This document shows, one piece after another, positions 33,901 through 36,631 of a DNA stretch of 36,631 nucleotides (its first letter is position 1; each line of letters starts with the position of its first letter). The notes below the pieces were generated by a model. That model was given only the letters and a program-made list of their open reading frames with translations. It had not been told where the DNA came from and did no database searches. Where the stretch lies: the IMG/VR virus record IMGVR_UViG_3300027714_000050, positions 1 to 36,631 of that record, one strand, 5' to 3'. Source of the stretch: a virus. Taxonomy: Duplodnaviria > Caudoviricetes. The position numbers and the translations under genes are program-made.

Positions 33901-36631
33901 TTCAAAAGCAGATGTGCAAACCGCAGTTGATCAAAACTTATTACCAGCCTCAGCTTTAAATATAATAGACAAAGGTACAGCTGTAAGTTTATACGAGAAA
34001 GCTAATCCAACTGAAGCTCAGTTTATGTCTTATTTTGACATACCAACTATAAATCCTAAAACAGGTGCTAGATCTGGGACGAGAGGTACTAGAAAAGATC
34101 AGCTAGCTAAGAATATGGCTGGAGCATTATCTTATGACGCTACAATGGAAGTGGCACAAGAGCAAGATGTTATAGAAAAAAGACAGCAGCTAGCAGAAAT
34201 AAAAAATGAAACCATAGATGTTAGTGACATACAAAACTTAGCAGTGGCAATAGGTCGAGATCCTAGTGTTAAATTTTCACTTAGTAGCGAGCAAATTGCT
34301 GAAAACTTACAAGATAAAATTGAAGAATTAGTTAACAAGGCTAACCAAGATAAGTTTTATTTTAACAAAATAATTACAGTTGAAAGAGACAAAAATGGTA
34401 AAGCTATAAGTTATAAGTTAAATATACCTTTAGAAAGAAACAAAAGTATGCCAGGTCCTAGGCAACATTCTAAAGAAAACAAAGAAGCAGTTGCTAGAAT
34501 TGTATATAAATATATAACAAATAATGAGTATGGATCTATAGTAGATGATAAAAAGTTACAATCACAAATATTAAGAGAAATAATACTTGACAACAAAAGC
34601 GGTAAAACAACAAACGCTGGTATAGCTCATGAAAATATAATTAAAAAGCAATTACAAAAAACAGCTAGTTTAATTAAAAACTCTATACTACAAGTTGTTA
34701 GTGGTGGTAAACTAGGTGATATATACTTATCATTAGGAAATATTAAAGTAGGTATAGAAACTAAATTACAAAAAGCAAGAAGCATCTCTCAGTCACTAAC
34801 ATTTTTAAATGATTCGTTAGATATTAATTTTCCAAATAAAAATACAACTACTAACAGCAAAGGTGGTTTGTTTGACGATATTATTGGTGAACAAGCAATA
34901 ACAGAATACAAAAAATTTCAAAAAGAATTGCGAGCTGCAGGGTTTGGTGAAGTTAAAAACTTTACGCTTAATGAATCGCAAGCTAATTGGCTAAAAAATT
35001 ATGGAAGATCTGAATTTTTAATAGAAATAGAAGTTCCAGTTAAATATTTATCTACGGGTTATGCTAGTGGTAAATATAAAAACGCACCACAAGGTTTTAT
35101 TATTATAGGTAGAAATATATACCGCATGGTTACAGGTAATCAAGATGTTGATAATTTAACTAAAGCTATTGTAGCTCAATCAGGTTTAAACATACAAGAC
35201 TTAAAATTAACAGAAGGTAAAAAAATAAAACTAGTTGGTGAGTTCATGTCAGATATTGGTAAAAACAAAAAAGTAAACTTTAGAATAGCAGGTAGAATAA
35301 ACTCTATTGATTACGTTGATTCTAACGTTGATATAACCAGTGAACAAACAAACAAAAAGTTTGTTAACGCAATCGAAAACGTATTAAATAAAGAGTCTGC
35401 GCTTAAATTAAGTAAATCAGCTATGTTCTCTCGCTCAACTAACAACCCAACTAAAGGTATTACTGTTCTAGATTTTGATGATACTCTAGCTACTAGTAAA
35501 TCTTTAATTAGATTCACTAGACCTGGTGAAAAACTATTGTACAATGCTAGTTCTAAAAGCTTAAAAGATTTAGGCGCTAGATCCGGTGTTATATACTTAG
35601 CTACAGATAAAAAAGAAGCGGATGCTTATGCCGAAAGCAATAGAGGTGATGTAAAAGAGTTCGTGGTTAACGAGTCTAGCATTGCCAATGAGGCTGCTGT
35701 TTTAAGGGAAATGAAAGAGCAAGGTATAGATACTAGTGAAGGATTGTTATATGAATTAATTGACTCTCGTTTTGAAGATTATTTTATTGGTAAGAAAAAC
35801 GTGGATAAAGTTTTTAATGCTTTAAGGAAAAAAGGAGTTAAAGCTTTTAAATATAAAGATGGATCTCAAGTGTCCAGCGGGAGCGTTGAGAGCGTAGCGG
35901 TTATTGATAAAAGTGCTTTAAACGAACGAGGAACATTAAATGCGGAGCAATACGCTAGTACTTATGAAAACTTGTCAGAGCTAGGTTATAAGTTTGACTT
36001 TTCAGAATTTACTAAAGTTGTAGATGGCAAGACAGCACCGCTGTTTAACAAAGCAATGAAATTGCAAGGTAAGTTTGGTCCTGAAAATATGTTTGTGCTA
36101 ACAGCGCGACCAATGGAATCCGCCGGCGCTATACACGCATTTTTAAAAGCGAATGGCTTGAACATACCTTTAAAAAATATTACTGGTTTAGCTAACTCAA
36201 CAGCTGAAGCAAAAGCGCTTTGGATGGCTGAAAAAGTTGGTGAAGGTTATAACGACTTCTACTTTGCTGACGATGCTTTACAGAATGTGAAGGCTGTTAA
36301 AAACATGTTGAACAACCTAGATGTTAAATCTAAAGTTCAGCAAGCTAGAGTTAAGTTTAGTAAGTCTATGGATCCAGCATTTAATGAAATGTTAGAGAGA
36401 ACTACTGGAGTACCTGCCGCCGAAACAATATCACAAGCAAGAGCAACTAAGCGTGGTGGTAAAAAAGGTAGACTTGAATTATTTGTACCACCATCAGCCG
36501 AAGACTTTTTAGGTTTATTATATAAATTTGCTGGAAAAGGAGAACAAGGAAATGCTGATTTAGCTTTTCTTAAGCAATCATTGATTGACCCACTTAATAG
36601 AGCATACACAGAATTAAACGAAACAAAGCAA
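30902..36631 (+). CDS. Giant multi-domain polyvalent/ejected protein, at least 1910 aa and 3'-truncated (missing from the ORF track)
   Basis: ATG at 30902, 5 nt after the previous stop. The frame runs to the window edge (...DPLNRAYTELNETKQ), and the track reports no closed + strand ORF here. Motifs: Gly zipper 31430-31594, HELLH 32651-32665, sigma-2-like 33200-33400, E...GD...ETK 34631-34765, HAD DFDDT 35471 / LTAR 36098 / FADD 36263, ART-like 35528-35926. Confidence 0.9.
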   Translation, partial: MFELNGEEVTLDFLRKKAYQYDMDFDSYLQQMKKQGLVEKQADSTVDPTMSQDDMGSQSVDGSSELPEDKGWFEDMYTAIKGGAAVGGSVGEAFDVYRQGRNISDKDLKGFIDAAKAMENNPETNEAVSWRNDMKKHGSGALGGFMALLENPGYFPQFIASSMSTMASSLFDSEEVAAATGVGAGSGAAVGSGIGALAGTVGGPIGNFLGYIGGAGAGAMGGGMAGLVGAMETGLTLTDLLREELGESDFNQKNIRALLNDKDVMDRVKSKSLARGLTIGAVEGLTFGLSRGVGGKMLGAALSKGTVGLSKAGLKTGAKIAGATTAIEMTGGAGGEALGMLAAGQELKGEEIFLEAIGEAKGVVNTSDFVKAAITKSSYKLNKEEVTAAKIKEIIDNPNTSQADLAKMNIEVTGDKAFDAYVKKKQSDAEIDTQIDERITDKADRKKLVELEVKRNKAKADVKKEGSLKVLNADQALLDVEAEIETLLNKYEGAVGFGETTSAKEVKAVVAQKVFEGNMAFAKKHSELYNLKFTELTQAEIIEKYKGTENADLANSLGGIIGDEIIINKDLAKSRVYGDNVGNHELLHGIIKASGQLKNITQETIDDFLNVIGKDNAAKIQKRLSDNYDADYISKNLDEYFTAFSDAIANKEIAFNDSVFTKMADVIRRMFASIGFAKVDFESGRGAYNFLKDYNKSIHKGSLSSGIVEATKGSGAVVDSKFSKSSTNDINKLGKVDKDGNNLEEEGTGNFYYQAEADDIVRTIEEKGYLDGLIRSKYKAEKVPPNFVKQVMSELSAHIKAYKPERKNESGLFGWINSQISNKANAVYNREYKVDDEMKGAKDIGKTTKEGEVKVQVAAETDAAVTAFESEDLSPAAQAKKKADKAKGKEKVESKFRRQIGIETGGILYNKVLDAARKSLLRAYEAGTSVRNIQRKLRDEANVYLFKDIKNFLGTKDYIKRLKEFRVPIMNSIFTADLVQMERNTPEGERVFTRFVRKLTSKADVQTAVDQNLLPASALNIIDKGTAVSLYEKANPTEAQFMSYFDIPTINPKTGARSGTRGTRKDQLAKNMAGALSYDATMEVAQEQDVIEKRQQLAEIKNETIDVSDIQNLAVAIGRDPSVKFSLSSEQIAENLQDKIEELVNKANQDKFYFNKIITVERDKNGKAISYKLNIPLERNKSMPGPRQHSKENKEAVARIVYKYITNNEYGSIVDDKKLQSQILREIILDNKSGKTTNAGIAHENIIKKQLQKTASLIKNSILQVVSGGKLGDIYLSLGNIKVGIETKLQKARSISQSLTFLNDSLDINFPNKNTTTNSKGGLFDDIIGEQAITEYKKFQKELRAAGFGEVKNFTLNESQANWLKNYGRSEFLIEIEVPVKYLSTGYASGKYKNAPQGFIIIGRNIYRMVTGNQDVDNLTKAIVAQSGLNIQDLKLTEGKKIKLVGEFMSDIGKNKKVNFRIAGRINSIDYVDSNVDITSEQTNKKFVNAIENVLNKESALKLSKSAMFSRSTNNPTKGITVLDFDDTLATSKSLIRFTRPGEKLLYNASSKSLKDLGARSGVIYLATDKKEADAYAESNRGDVKEFVVNESSIANEAAVLREMKEQGIDTSEGLLYELIDSRFEDYFIGKKNVDKVFNALRKKGVKAFKYKDGSQVSSGSVESVAVIDKSALNERGTLNAEQYASTYENLSELGYKFDFSEFTKVVDGKTAPLFNKAMKLQGKFGPENMFVLTARPMESAGAIHAFLKANGLNIPLKNITGLANSTAEAKALWMAEKVGEGYNDFYFADDALQNVKAVKNMLNNLDVKSKVQQARVKFSKSMDPAFNEMLERTTGVPAAETISQARATKRGGKKGRLELFVPPSAEDFLGLLYKFAGKGEQGNADLAFLKQSLIDPLNRAYTELNETKQ

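Noticed and set aside
35471-35485. DFDD as a crAss-type virion RNA polymerase catalytic loop (DFDID/DxDGD)
   Set aside because: Context is hhhDxDxTL with HAD motifs II-IV downstream. No RNAP motif was seen in the window, although the protein is truncated.
108-36609. Numerous short minus-strand ORFs in the track
   Set aside because: All lie antisense to long, coupled + strand genes, have S/L/F/I-rich shadow composition and show no recognisable motifs.
1-36631. Alternative genetic code (stop reassignment), introns or inteins as in some crAss-like phages
   Set aside because: Genes are intact under the standard code, TAG ends the portal and ring genes, and terL, portal and capsid are uninterrupted with no intein or homing-endonuclease motifs noticed.

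Overview
This window is the virion-morphogenesis arm of a large dsDNA podovirus-type phage with crAss-like (Crassvirales-related) gene order. The AT-rich leaders without Shine-Dalgarno motifs suggest a Bacteroidota/Flavobacteriia host. All credible genes are on the + strand and tightly coupled. In order they are a zincin-motif protein, a putative holin, a duplicated two-gene module (small beta-rich protein plus LamG lectin protein), a GroES-like co-chaperonin, small and large terminase, portal, scaffold, major capsid protein (followed by a terminator), putative tail ring proteins, a greatly expanded 3349-aa tail muzzle/stabilisation protein, a GNAT-like protein and three probable ejected (cargo) proteins. 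The ORF track misses the last gene, a >1910-aa ORF from 30902 to the window edge. It reads as a polyvalent protein: glycine zipper, HExxH metallopeptidase, sigma-70 region-2-like segment, PD-(D/E)xK nuclease, and a HAD phosphatase with an ADP-ribosyltransferase-like domain inserted inside it, with modules separated by a recurring (K/M)FS(K/L/R)S motif. Two hidden overlapping signals stand out: a 40-aa ArfA-like ORF overprinted inside the scaffold gene, and a candidate -1 programmed frameshift near the start of the polyvalent gene. All family assignments come from motif recognition by eye; no searches were run.
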